From Mycobacteriales bacterium (GTDB taxonomy: Bacteria > Actinomycetota > Actinomycetes > Mycobacteriales > QHCD01): a DNA stretch of 64,000 nucleotides. The notes beneath the pieces were generated by a model, which was not told the DNA's origin, searched no databases, and saw only the letters and a list, made by a program, of their open reading frames with translations. The stretch is taken from NCBI GenBank assembly GCA_040414495.1, contig JBEDUI010000071.1, positions 425-64,424 on the forward strand. Direction: 5' to 3'. The number at the start of each line of letters is the position of its first letter. Position 1 is the first letter of the stretch. The position numbers were made by a program, and so were the translations under genes. Positions 10,071 to 19,849 of the stretch are shown piece after piece.

Positions 10071-11192
10071 GTGTCTGCTGTGAGCCGAGCAGCGACCGTT
10101 TATGACGTTGCCGCTCGGGCGGGGGTGTCGATCGCCACCGTCTCCCGTGCACTGCGGCTGCCCGACGCCGTCCGGCCCGAAACCCGCCGACGGGTGGCCG
10201 ATGCGGCCCGGGCGCTGCACTATGTGCCGAGCGGGAATGCGCGCGATCTGGCCCGGCAACGCACCGGAATGCTGGGCGTCTGGTTCATTGAAGACCGCGC
10301 CGAGGCCGTTGTGGACGATGACGCGGCCGAGTCGCTGCAGTGGAGCCTCTACTGGGACCAGGTCATCCGGGGCATCGAACGGGAGAGCTGGCGACGCGGT
10401 TTCGCCGCGTTGATCGCGTCCACCCGATCAGCCCGGGCCGGGGAATTGACCAACGAGATCGCCGGCCGGGTTGACGCGCTGGCAATCCTGGCCCATGACA
10501 TACCGACCGACGAGCTCGCGGTGATTTCCGAGCGTATTCCGGTCGTGTTGGTGGCCGCCCGGCACAGTATTTCCGGTGTGGACAGTGTGCGGGTCGCGAA
10601 TTCGCAGGGCATCAAACTGTTGGTCGAACATCTGATTGACGTGCACGGGTATCGGCGGCCGGTGTTCATTGGCGGGGTGCCGCATTCCTCGGATGCGGTC
10701 GAACGTTTCCAGGCATTCCGGCGGTCCTGGACTGAGGCCGGCTATGCCGTCCCGGACACCCCGTTCCTGTCCGGGGACTTCACCGCCAGCACCGGTGTGG
10801 TGGCGGCCGAGCAGCTGCTGACCAGCGGGCCGTTGCCCGATGTCGTGATGTGCGCCAACGACCAGACCGCGCTCGGCGTGCTGCGCCGATTCCGCCGGCA
10901 TGGGGTGCGGGTACCCGAGGACGTCGCGGTCACCGGCTTCGACGGCCTGGAGCTGGGCGCGGGCACGAATCCGCCGCTGACCACGGTGCGCCAGCCGATG
11001 CTGCAGATCGGCGCGATCGCGGTCAAGCTGCTGGTCGAGCGGCTGGCCGCACCGGAGCGGCCCAGTGTGGCCACGATGTTGCCGGTCGACGTGGTGATCC
11101 GGGAAAGCTGCGGATGCCCCGCTCAGCCGCTGTTGATCAAGGGCATGGAGCTGTCGGCCAGGTCGACCACGTCCCGTTCGACGAACAGATAG
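10071..11192 (+). CDS. LacI-family transcriptional regulator
   Basis: TVYDVAARAGVSIATVSRAL HTH; VPEDVAVTGFD, PPLTTVRQP, RESCGC. Confidence 0.95.
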   Translation: MSAVSRAATVYDVAARAGVSIATVSRALRLPDAVRPETRRRVADAARALHYVPSGNARDLARQRTGMLGVWFIEDRAEAVVDDDAAESLQWSLYWDQVIRGIERESWRRGFAALIASTRSARAGELTNEIAGRVDALAILAHDIPTDELAVISERIPVVLVAARHSISGVDSVRVANSQGIKLLVEHLIDVHGYRRPVFIGGVPHSSDAVERFQAFRRSWTEAGYAVPDTPFLSGDFTASTGVVAAEQLLTSGPLPDVVMCANDQTALGVLRRFRRHGVRVPEDVAVTGFDGLELGAGTNPPLTTVRQPMLQIGAIAVKLLVERLAAPERPSVATMLPVDVVIRESCGCPAQPLLIKGMELSARSTTSRSTNR

Positions 11193-12994
11193 CGGCCGCC
11201 CAGCACCCGCTGTGCCGCCAGGTAGTTGACCACGTCGTCGTTGGCCCACAACTCGTGGAAGAGCCGGTTCACCCGACGGCGGGCGCCGGCGCAGAACAGG
11301 TCGGCCAACTCGACCGCGGCCGCCCCGTCCGGCGAACCGTCATCGAGCAGCATCCGGGCCCGGCAGATAGTGGCGCTCATCGCGAACAGCTCCGCGCCGA
11401 TATCGACCAGCCGACCCAGGAAGCACTGCTTCTTCTCCAGCCCGCCCTGCCAGCGGGACATCCCCCAGAACGTCGAGCGAGCCAGCTTGCGCGCCGACCG
11501 TTCCACAAACCGCAGGTGCGTGGCCAGCCCGCCGAAATCAGCGAACGAGCGAGGCGCGTCACCGCGGCCGACCGCCAGAGTCGGCAGCCATTTCGCGTAG
11601 AAACCGCCGGCCCGCAGCGCCACCTTCGCCTTGTCCGCCAGCGCTTTGTCCGGGTCGATGATGTCGCCGGCGACAGACAGGTGCGCGTCCACCGCCTCCC
11701 GCGCGATCAGCAGCCGCATGATCTCGCTGGACCCCTCGAAGATCCGGTTGATCCGCATATCGCGCAGCGCCTGTTCGGCCGCCACCGGCCGCTCACCGCG
11801 CGCGGCCAGCGATTCGGCCGTCTCGTAGCCGCGCCCGCCCCGTATCTGCACCAGGTCGTCGAGCACCTGCCAGCCGTGCTCGGTGCAATAGAGCTTGGCC
11901 AACGCCGCCTCGATCCGAATATCGTTGCGGTCCTCGTCGGCCATCAGTGCCGACATCCGTACCACCGATTCGAGCGCGAACGCCATTCCCGCGATATAAG
12001 CGATCTGCGCCGCCACCGCCTCGTGCTGGCCGATCGAATGTCCCCATTGGACACGCTCGGTCCCCCACTCCCGCGCCTGTTTCAACGCCCAGGTCGCCGC
12101 CCCCGCGCAGGCTGCTGGAATTGACAACCGGCCGGTGTTCAACGTGGTCAGCGCGATCTTCAAGCCCCGACCCTCGGCCCCGATGACGTTTTCGGCCGGC
12201 ACGAATACGTCGGTGAACTGGGTGACACCGTTCTCGATACCGCGCAGTCCCATGAACTGGTTACGGTGCAATACTTGCACGCCAGGCGAATCGGCCTCCA
12301 CGACAAATGCGGTAATGCCGCCGGGATGGTCCTCGGATTTGGGTACGGCGGCCATGACGACCAGCAAAGAGGCGACAACGCCGTTGGTGGTCCACAGCTT
12401 GGTGCCGTTGATCAAATAACCGCCCTCGGTCGGTACGGCGGTGGCCCGCATCCGGGCCGGATCACTACCCACATCGGGTTCGGTGAGCAGAAACGCGCTG
12501 ATCTCGCCTTTGGCGCAGCGCGGCAGATAACGCCGTTTCTGCTCGTCGGTCCCGGCCAGCGCCAACGGCTGCGGCACGCCAATCGACTGGTGCGCCGAGA
12601 TCAGCGCGTTCAGCGCCGCGTGACTCTGCCCCAGCATTGCCAGCGCCCGGCCGTAATACAGGTGCGACAGCCCCATTCCGCCGTACTCGCGGGGAATCAA
12701 CATCCCGAATGCGCCTAGATGCGCCAGACCCTTCACGACCCGATCGGGAATCTTCGCATTGCGTTCGATCTCGAGCGGATCAACCTCGGAATGCAGAAAC
12801 CCCGCCAGGCGGGTCAGAAAATCCTCGCCGCGACGTACATCGTCCGGGTCCGGCTTGGGATGTGGATAAATCAGGTCGAGTCTGAATCGACCGAGAAATA
12901 ATTCCTTACCGAAGCTGGGCTTGCCCCATTCGCTTTCCCGGGCAGCCTCGGCCACCCGCCGCGCATCCTGTTCGCTGACCGAATTGCCATCCAT
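11123..12994 (-). CDS. Acyl-CoA dehydrogenase (long, FadE10-like)
   Basis: FLLTEPDVGSD, GTKLWTTNG, TLNTGR, QIRGGRGY, RIFEGSSEI. Confidence 0.92.
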   Translation of the reverse strand: MDGNSVSEQDARRVAEAARESEWGKPSFGKELFLGRFRLDLIYPHPKPDPDDVRRGEDFLTRLAGFLHSEVDPLEIERNAKIPDRVVKGLAHLGAFGMLIPREYGGMGLSHLYYGRALAMLGQSHAALNALISAHQSIGVPQPLALAGTDEQKRRYLPRCAKGEISAFLLTEPDVGSDPARMRATAVPTEGGYLINGTKLWTTNGVVASLLVVMAAVPKSEDHPGGITAFVVEADSPGVQVLHRNQFMGLRGIENGVTQFTDVFVPAENVIGAEGRGLKIALTTLNTGRLSIPAACAGAATWALKQAREWGTERVQWGHSIGQHEAVAAQIAYIAGMAFALESVVRMSALMADEDRNDIRIEAALAKLYCTEHGWQVLDDLVQIRGGRGYETAESLAARGERPVAAEQALRDMRINRIFEGSSEIMRLLIAREAVDAHLSVAGDIIDPDKALADKAKVALRAGGFYAKWLPTLAVGRGDAPRSFADFGGLATHLRFVERSARKLARSTFWGMSRWQGGLEKKQCFLGRLVDIGAELFAMSATICRARMLLDDGSPDGAAAVELADLFCAGARRRVNRLFHELWANDDVVNYLAAQRVLGGRYLFVERDVVDLADSSMPLINSG

Positions 12995-13014
12995 TTCGCG
13001 CGTCCGCCCCCTTG

Positions 13015-13029
13015 GTTACTCGCCAGTAC
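13015..13029. promoter_or_regulatory. Palindromic operator TACT-N4-AGTA upstream of acyl-CoA dehydrogenase
   Basis: GTTACTCGCCAGTAC in the divergent intergenic region. Confidence 0.45.
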
Positions 13030-13101
13030 GCGACCCCTACCCCATAGCGTGGCATTCACAACGTGCTCCGTCGACTGTGCGCCAGAGGCTAGGCTCCGGA
13101 T

Positions 13102-13995
13102 ATGGCAGCGCGCTGGGATAGTCGCGACATACCCAATCAAACCGGCCGAACAATTGTGGTGACCGGCGCCAACAGCGGCCTCGGGCTGGCCACCAGCCAA
13201 ATGTTGACCGCTGCGGGCGCGCGCGTGATCATGGCTTGCCGGAATACGGAAAAAGGGCAAGAGGTGGCACCCAAAGGCGCCGAGGTTTACCGCCTCGACC
13301 TGGCCGACCTGGCCTCGATCCGTACCTTCGCCAAAGATATGGCGGCCGTGCGGATCGACGTATTGATCAACAATGCCGGCGTGATGAACGTACCCAAAAG
13401 ACAGACCGTCGACGGTTTCGAGCTGCAGTTCGGTACGAATTACCTGGGCCATTTCGCCCTGACCGGCCTGCTGCTACGCCAGATCACGGACCGCGTGGTG
13501 ACCGTGACCAGCGCCGTGCACATGATCGGGCGGATCAATTTCGACGACCTGAACGGTGAGCGGCATTACCAATCGTGGCTCGCTTATGGACAGTCCAAAC
13601 TGGCCAATCTGTTGTTCACGTACGAATTGGATCGCCGGGCTGGTGGCACCGGCCTGATCAGCGTCGCGGCGCATCCCGGCTACGCCTCCACCAACCTGCA
13701 AACCGGCCGCGCCCGGATGACCGGCAGCACGCTGAGCAGGCGGGGCGCGGAGCTGACCAACCGGATCTTCGGGCAGTCGGCGCGAATGGGCGCGCTGCCG
13801 CAGACGTACGCCGCGACCGCGCCCGACGTACGGGGCGGCGAATTCTTCGGACCCGGCGGGCTGTTCCACCAACGCGGGTACCCGGAGCGGGTCCGGCCGT
13901 CCCGGGCCGCCCGCAACGTCGAGACCGCCCGCCGACTCTGGGACGTGGCAACCCACATGACCGGGGTGAGCTACGAGTTTCGAGCCGAAGCCTGA
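13102..13995 (+). CDS. SDR oxidoreductase (retinol dehydrogenase/WWOX-like)
   Basis: TGANSGLG, NNAG, FGTNYLGHF, YGQSK. Confidence 0.92.
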   Translation: MAARWDSRDIPNQTGRTIVVTGANSGLGLATSQMLTAAGARVIMACRNTEKGQEVAPKGAEVYRLDLADLASIRTFAKDMAAVRIDVLINNAGVMNVPKRQTVDGFELQFGTNYLGHFALTGLLLRQITDRVVTVTSAVHMIGRINFDDLNGERHYQSWLAYGQSKLANLLFTYELDRRAGGTGLISVAAHPGYASTNLQTGRARMTGSTLSRRGAELTNRIFGQSARMGALPQTYAATAPDVRGGEFFGPGGLFHQRGYPERVRPSRAARNVETARRLWDVATHMTGVSYEFRAEA

Positions 13996-14013
13996 GCCCT
14001 ACGATCGGCAGTC

Positions 14014-14985
14014 ATGGAACAACGACGACTCGGCAAGACCGGCCGCGACGTATCGGTGATCGGCCTGGGCACCTGGCAGTTGGGCGCGGACTGGGGTTCG
14101 GTCCGGGAATCTGATGCCTTGGCGGTCCTCGACGCAGCCGCGGCCAGCGGAGTGACGTTCTTCGACACGGCCGACGTGTACGGCGACGGGCGCAGCGAGC
14201 AGATCATCGGCCAATTCCTGCGCACCAATCCGGATGTCATGGTCGCGACGAAGATGGGCCGCCGCGTCGAGCAACGGCCCGAGGCGTACACGCTGGCGAA
14301 CTTCCGGGACTGGACCGACCGCTCGCGCCGCAACCTCGGCGTGCAGCGGCTCGACCTGGTGCAGCTGCACTGCCCGCCGACCCCGGTCTACTCCTCCGAG
14401 GAGGTGTTCGACGCGCTCGACACATTGGTCGAGGACCAGCGAATCGCCGCCTACGGGGTGAGCGTAGAGACCGTCGCCGAGGCGCTGGCCGCGATTGCCC
14501 ATCCCAATGTTTCGACCGTGCAGATCATCCTGAACGCCTTCCGCCGTAAGCCCCTGGAACAGGTGCTGCCAGATGCCAAGGCCGCAGGCATAGGGATCAT
14601 CGCGCGGGTCCCATTGGCCTCCGGTCTGCTCTCCGGCCGGTACACCCACGACACGACCTTCGCACCCGACGACCACCGCACCTTCAACCGGCACGGCGAG
14701 GCTTTCGACGTCGGCGAGACGTTTTCCGGGGTCGATTACGACACCGGGGTCGAGGCGGCCCGCGAATTCGCCGCACTGGCTCCGGCCGGCATCACCCCGG
14801 CCGCCCTGGCGTTGCGATGGATCGTGCAGCAGCCCGGCGTGAGCACCGTGATCCCGGGCGCCCGCAACGCGGAGCAGGCGCGGGCCAATGCCACTTTGGC
14901 ACCGGAGCTATCGGAGCAGCAGCTGGCCCAGATCGCCGACATCTACGACAAGTACATCCGCCAATCCGTCCACAACCGCTGGTGA
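14014..14985 (+). CDS. Aldo/keto reductase
   Basis: IGLGTW, FFDTADVYG, ATK, LDLVQLH, PLASGLL, IPGA. Confidence 0.93.
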   Translation: MEQRRLGKTGRDVSVIGLGTWQLGADWGSVRESDALAVLDAAAASGVTFFDTADVYGDGRSEQIIGQFLRTNPDVMVATKMGRRVEQRPEAYTLANFRDWTDRSRRNLGVQRLDLVQLHCPPTPVYSSEEVFDALDTLVEDQRIAAYGVSVETVAEALAAIAHPNVSTVQIILNAFRRKPLEQVLPDAKAAGIGIIARVPLASGLLSGRYTHDTTFAPDDHRTFNRHGEAFDVGETFSGVDYDTGVEAAREFAALAPAGITPAALALRWIVQQPGVSTVIPGARNAEQARANATLAPELSEQQLAQIADIYDKYIRQSVHNRW

Positions 14986-15380
14986 TGCGGGCCATTCCGG
15001 CGGTCGGCGCCGTCATCGGCGATGGGCGTGGCCACGTATTGCTGGTGCTGCGACTGCGGCCGCCGGCGGTCGGGCGGTGGAGCATTCCCGGCGGCCGGGT
15101 GGAGGCCGAGGAGTCTTTTACCGACGCGGTCGTGCGGGAGGTACGGGAGGAGACCGGGCTGCAGGTCACGGTCGGCCCGCTGCTAGGTCAATTGGAGCTG
15201 CCGGGTCGCGATCCCGGCACGGTGTACGACGTACACGACTACGCCGCGAGCGTGGTCGGTGGAACGCTGCGGGCCGGCGACGACGCCGGTGACGCGCGGT
15301 GGTTCAGCCGGGACGAGATGGCGCACCTGCCGTTGACCACCAAGCTGATCGACTACCTGGACGAGTACGGGGCCTTTTAG
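14985..15380 (+). CDS. NUDIX hydrolase
   Basis: PGGRVEAEES...AVVREVREETGL Nudix box; TGATG coupling. Confidence 0.92.
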   Translation: MRAIPAVGAVIGDGRGHVLLVLRLRPPAVGRWSIPGGRVEAEESFTDAVVREVREETGLQVTVGPLLGQLELPGRDPGTVYDVHDYAASVVGGTLRAGDDAGDARWFSRDEMAHLPLTTKLIDYLDEYGAF

Positions 15381-16459
15381 AGAATCTGGCGGCGACGCAG
15401 CACGCCGGCCGCGATCAACCCGGCCGGCGCCGGGGCCCAGAACGTCACCGCCCGGAAAATCAGCACCGACGGGACCGCCTGGACCGCCGGCACTCCATCG
15501 GCCAGCAGTACGCCGAGCAGCGCGGCCTCGGTCGACCCGGCCGCCGCCGGCAACGGCACCGCCGATGCGACCGCGGACGCGACCAGATACGTCGTGAAGA
15601 TCATCACCGCGGCCGGTAGCGACCGTACCCCGCCGACCGCCAGCGTGCTGATCACGAAGCCGACCGCCAGCACGAGCGTCGTCGTGCCCGACGACACGCA
15701 CGCGATCACCAGATCGCGCGGGCGCTGCAACAACAACCGCATGTGACCGCAGGTCCCGGCGATCGTGACCCGGGCTGACGGGCGGTGCCGCGGCAACAAC
15801 GGCCGGTCCCGGCGGCGCAGCCACAGCAGCGCCAGCACCTCCACCACGACCAGCAACGCCGGCTCGGCGTACCGATCGACCAGGTGGGCCAGCCGGGCGG
15901 CCGACACCCCGATACCGGAGACCAGGTGCAGGCTTTCCGAGACCGCCCCCGGCACCGCGAGCACCACACCGGTCACGACCACGGTGTCGGTCAGCGGGCC
16001 GATCAGTTGCAGCGCGCTCACCGAGCCGACGGCGCCGGCCGGAGCCAGGCCACGACGGGTCAGGTAACGCGCGTTGACCGCCGCCCCGCCCAATCCGCAC
16101 GGCGTGATGCGGTTGGCCGCCGCGGCGGCAAGTTGGGCCAGCACCGCTTCGGGCAGACGTAGCCGCAGCCCGCTGGCAGCACGCAGCGCAAGGGCGGCGA
16201 AGCCGTAGTGCACGGCCGCCACGAGAACCAGCAGCGGCACCCAGGCCCAACTGACCCGGCCGAAGCCGCGACTCAATTGCTGACCGTAGTGCCAGAGGTC
16301 GTGCCAGGGCCGGTTGCACAGATCGACGACGGTGTCCAGGACCGGGGTCACGATGGCGAGCGCGGTCAGACCGCCGGCGATCACGACCAAAGCGGTGAGT
16401 AGGGGCAGAAGCGGCAGGTTGCGGCCCCAGCGCGCGGCTACGGCCTGCTGCGTGCTCAT
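15377..16459 (-). CDS. Lysylphosphatidylglycerol synthase TM-domain (YbhN/flippase-like) protein
   Basis: AAANRITP.GLGGAAVNARYL, P.PAAAG.TEAAL, VLIFRAVTFWAP. Confidence 0.8.
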   Translation of the reverse strand: MSTQQAVAARWGRNLPLLPLLTALVVIAGGLTALAIVTPVLDTVVDLCNRPWHDLWHYGQQLSRGFGRVSWAWVPLLVLVAAVHYGFAALALRAASGLRLRLPEAVLAQLAAAAANRITPCGLGGAAVNARYLTRRGLAPAGAVGSVSALQLIGPLTDTVVVTGVVLAVPGAVSESLHLVSGIGVSAARLAHLVDRYAEPALLVVVEVLALLWLRRRDRPLLPRHRPSARVTIAGTCGHMRLLLQRPRDLVIACVSSGTTTLVLAVGFVISTLAVGGVRSLPAAVMIFTTYLVASAVASAVPLPAAAGSTEAALLGVLLADGVPAVQAVPSVLIFRAVTFWAPAPAGLIAAGVLRRRQIL

Positions 16460-16464
16460 ATACT

Positions 16465-16492
16465 GAAACTACTACGATCGAGTAGTAGTTTC
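16465..16492. promoter_or_regulatory. Perfect 11-bp inverted-repeat operator (core ACTAC-N6-GTAGT)
   Basis: GAAACTACTAC-GATCGA-GTAGTAGTTTC, 5 bp from the ATG at 16459 and overlapping a TAGTTT -10-like hexamer. Confidence 0.7.
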
Positions 16493-16692
16493 GTTAAATC
16501 CGGATGATCGTCCGGAAACTCTTGATATCCAGCACATTCCGCGACGTAGTCTCACGCCACATCACCAACGTCGCCCAACGCTCGCATCATCGCCCCATCA
16601 GTTCGCGGCTCCTTGCCGCGCACGACCATAAGTGGCCCGGCCCCGTGTCCGTCAACCCAGACCCCAACAGCAGATGGCGAAATGGGTACAGG

Positions 16693-18309
16693 TCAGTAGG
16701 TTGCGGACAGTACGTACCGACCTGGCCGGTCAACCGAGAGCCGGGTCCAGCCGGACTGCGGCTTCAAGGTCCCGCCGTCGCTGGCGTGCAGGAACTTCGA
16801 CCACCGGACCCGCACCAGCGTGCTGCCCGCCCTCGGCATCTTCAGCGTGATGCTGGCCGGCGTGGTGCGAACCATGATCGCCGGCTGCGAGGCCAGCCCA
16901 TTGGTGTCGGATACGCGGAATAGCCGCCACTGCGCGTCATGCCAGACCGGGGTGAGCCACGGCTGGTGCGAATTGACGATGTCGGACTCGGACTTGGCCG
17001 CGTAATCCGGCTTGGCGCTGGAGATCGCCACGTACTGTACGGCGTTGTTCCGCAGCCAGCGGTGGTAATCGCTCGCGGTGAGCGTGCCGGAGTAGAAGAG
17101 CGGATTGCGTACGGTGTCGATCTGCCGTTCCCAGCCGCGCGCCAACGGAACCGTGGCGGCCAACTGCTGCGCCTCCCAGTGCCCGTACTGCGGCACCGCC
17201 TCGACCCGGCCCCGGTCGGCCTTGAGCCGGGTCAGCTCGCGGATCAGCGGCGCGGTGGCGGCCGCGCTGGTCAGCGGGGCGTCGCTGTGGGCCAGATCGC
17301 GGATCGGCGAGACGACCTGCCATATCACCGCGCCGATCAGGCCGAAGATCAGCAGGCCCTTACGGCGGGCGTCGGCGATCTTGGCCACCGAGGCCACCAG
17401 CAGCGGGCCGACCAGGAGCAGGCCGAGCCGCTCCACATTGGACCCGACCGCGGTCGGGAACACCCAGGCCACGATGACGCCCATCATGTACACAGCCGTG
17501 CCGGCCCGCACCGCCCGCCAATTGCGCGGCACCAGAGCAATGGTCAACCCGCACGCAATCAGCGCCGGCACGCCGTTGACCACCGTGATCGGCTGTACGC
17601 CGCTGGTGCCGAAGACCAGTGCGACAACGCCGATCGGCAACCCGGCCGCCGCCCCGAGCACCAGCCCGCAGACCCAGCGACGGGTCAGCACGAACGCGGC
17701 CGCGGCGACGCCGACGAAAACGCCGGCCACCGGACTGAACAGACTCGCCAGCAGGGCGAGCACCGCACCTATGGCCAACCGGACCGCACGGTTACCGGGC
17801 CGGCGCGCGTCCACCAGCGCTATCGCGGCAACAGCGGCGGCCAGCCCCAGGGTGAACGTGGCCCGGCCGGAGATGAGCCCGGTCCACAGTCCGGCCGCCG
17901 TCCACAGAGCGGCGATTCGGGGCCGCACGACGTGATGGCGGACCAGGATGAGCGCGATCAGACCGGCACAGACAACCGCGGCGGCGGCGGTGACCATTCG
18001 GGTACCGCCGACGGCGAAGAGGTACGGAGCGAGCACGGAGTACCCGGCCGGGTAGATGCCCGCGTACCAGCTGAAGTCGTACGCCGACCGCGGATAGTGC
18101 GCGGCGAAATCGGCGCGCGCAATCTGTGCGGCAAGGTCGGTTCCCGCGGTGGGGAACGCCAAAATCCACAGCGCCGCCAGCGCGGCGCTGGCCAGCATCG
18201 CCAGCGCGACCGGATGTGTCAGCACAGCAAAGCGGCTGCGCCTCGGGTCCGAGTTAAGCGTCAGCGGCCGTGGCGAACGGAGGAGTTCTCCGGCAGAGGT
18301 CACAGACAT
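16693..18309 (-). CDS. Conserved actinobacterial polytopic membrane protein, function unknown
   Basis: DLAAQ..RA, WYAG....YS, SGR.TF, SP.AG.F, GSNVERL, LARGWERQ; ~11 TM helices and a C-terminal soluble domain. Confidence 0.75.
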   Translation of the reverse strand: MSVTSAGELLRSPRPLTLNSDPRRSRFAVLTHPVALAMLASAALAALWILAFPTAGTDLAAQIARADFAAHYPRSAYDFSWYAGIYPAGYSVLAPYLFAVGGTRMVTAAAAVVCAGLIALILVRHHVVRPRIAALWTAAGLWTGLISGRATFTLGLAAAVAAIALVDARRPGNRAVRLAIGAVLALLASLFSPVAGVFVGVAAAAFVLTRRWVCGLVLGAAAGLPIGVVALVFGTSGVQPITVVNGVPALIACGLTIALVPRNWRAVRAGTAVYMMGVIVAWVFPTAVGSNVERLGLLLVGPLLVASVAKIADARRKGLLIFGLIGAVIWQVVSPIRDLAHSDAPLTSAAATAPLIRELTRLKADRGRVEAVPQYGHWEAQQLAATVPLARGWERQIDTVRNPLFYSGTLTASDYHRWLRNNAVQYVAISSAKPDYAAKSESDIVNSHQPWLTPVWHDAQWRLFRVSDTNGLASQPAIMVRTTPASITLKMPRAGSTLVRVRWSKFLHASDGGTLKPQSGWTRLSVDRPGRYVLSATY

Positions 18310-18437
18310 CGTGGCTCATCATTCCAAACGGATCACGGAGGCTTCCGCCCATATGGGGTCAAGCCTCAACGAGTCTCCTGCCCACTCCGGCACTACCGCC
18401 CCCTTTTGAATCCCCGTAGGTCGGTTTCCCACTCACA

Positions 18438-18453
18438 ACTACGCAAGTGTAGT
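18438..18453. promoter_or_regulatory. Second ACTAC-N6-GTAGT site
   Basis: ACTAC-GCAAGT-GTAGT about 130 bp upstream of the 18309 start. Confidence 0.55.
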
Positions 18454-18639
18454 AGCAGCCTCCGAAGAGGTCACCACTCCGCGAAACTCTCCTCGACCAA
18501 CCCTAAGCGCAATCGCCCCAGCCGGTCGGGAGGCAACGCCCTGAACTCGACCCTGACACAACCCTGAGACAACTCCAGCGGCGATCGTGACATCAACCGT
18601 TGAAATCGACATTTGAATTACGTGAACGAAGCATGATCA

Positions 18640-19299
18640 TCATGCACCTGCCGCCACCGCCATTTTCCGGCGCATTGCGTGTTCCACCACGGTGATCAGC
18701 GTCTGTTTGGTTGACGCAGTTTGCCGTGCGTCACACGCCACGATCGGAACGGTTTCCTCCACCGCCATCGCCTCGCGCACATCCTCGATCGTGTGCCCCA
18801 GAACGCCGTCGAAACAATTCAGGCCCACGACGTACGGCAGGCCCCGATCTTCGAAGAAATCCACCGCCGAATAGCAGTCGTCGAGCCGGCGCGTATCGGC
18901 TAACACAACGGCACCGATCGCGCCGCGGACCAGGTCGTCCCACATGAACCAGAACCGCTGCTGACCGGGCGTACCGAACAGATACAGAATCAGGTCGTCG
19001 GCCAACGTGATCCGGCCGAAATCCATCGCGACCGTCGTCGTCGTTTTGTTGGGCGTATCGCGCAGATCGTCGATCTCGCGGCTGGCGTCGGTGATCATCG
19101 CCTCGGTGGTCAGCGGCGGAATCTCCGACACGGAGCCCACGAACGTCGTTTTGCCGACGCCGAAGCCACCAGCCACGACAATCTTGGCCGAGACCAACTC
19201 GGACGAAACCGCCTGGGGCGCAGCGGCCCCCGCTCCGGTATCAGCGTGGCGGGGCGAGGTCATTTCCGCATTTCCGGTGTCAGAGCCGACGGAGTCCAC
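18640..19299 (-). CDS. cvnD: Conservon small GTPase (CvnD-like)
   Basis: KIVVAGGFGVGKTT, TTTVAMDFG, LFGTPGQ.RF.FMWD, CDAR. Confidence 0.9.
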   Translation of the reverse strand: MDSVGSDTGNAEMTSPRHADTGAGAAAPQAVSSELVSAKIVVAGGFGVGKTTFVGSVSEIPPLTTEAMITDASREIDDLRDTPNKTTTTVAMDFGRITLADDLILYLFGTPGQQRFWFMWDDLVRGAIGAVVLADTRRLDDCYSAVDFFEDRGLPYVVGLNCFDGVLGHTIEDVREAMAVEETVPIVACDARQTASTKQTLITVVEHAMRRKMAVAAGA

Positions 19300-19849
19300 T
19301 GAGCACCCTTTCCATCAACACCAGCTGGGTCGCGTCGTCATCGGCCGCGACCGTTTTGTGAATCGTGATCAGACCGAGTTCGGCCATATCGCCCAGAATG
19401 ACCCGGGCCACCCCGAGCGGAACCGACAACGCCGCGGCGACCTCGGCCACCGACCGCGGCCGGTCGCATACCGCCACCACGGAACGGTGTTCGCCCGTAC
19501 TGCCGAGACGGCCACGCTGGGTGGTCGACACCAGCGTCTCCACGTGCAGGTCGCGCGAGGGGCGGGTCCGCCCCCCGGTCCAGGCGTACGGCCGTACCGC
19601 TTGGGCGGTGTCCTCGATCCGTCCGTCGGGCATACCGTGCCGGGGATGGGGACTCGGCCGGGGCCGGGGCGGCGTGGTGGTGCTGGTGCTGGTGCGCACG
19701 GCGTTCGCTTCGGGCTCGTGGTCGTCCTCGTGACGCCTTCTGCGGCCGCGGCGAACGTTCGGTGGTCGCCAGCCGCGGTCGCCGTCGAGCAGGTCCTCCA
19801 GTCCGACGTCGTCGTGGTCGGCGACGCCGTCCTCGGACTCGAGGCTCAC
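19280..19849 (-). CDS. cvnC: Conservon DUF742 protein (CvnC-like) with charged N-terminal extension
   Basis: [45 protein letters not shown]; GTGA overlap with cvnB stop; start uncertain. Confidence 0.85.
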   Translation of the reverse strand: MSLESEDGVADHDDVGLEDLLDGDRGWRPPNVRRGRRRRHEDDHEPEANAVRTSTSTTTPPRPRPSPHPRHGMPDGRIEDTAQAVRPYAWTGGRTRPSRDLHVETLVSTTQRGRLGSTGEHRSVVAVCDRPRSVAEVAAALSVPLGVARVILGDMAELGLITIHKTVAADDDATQLVLMERVLSGLRRL

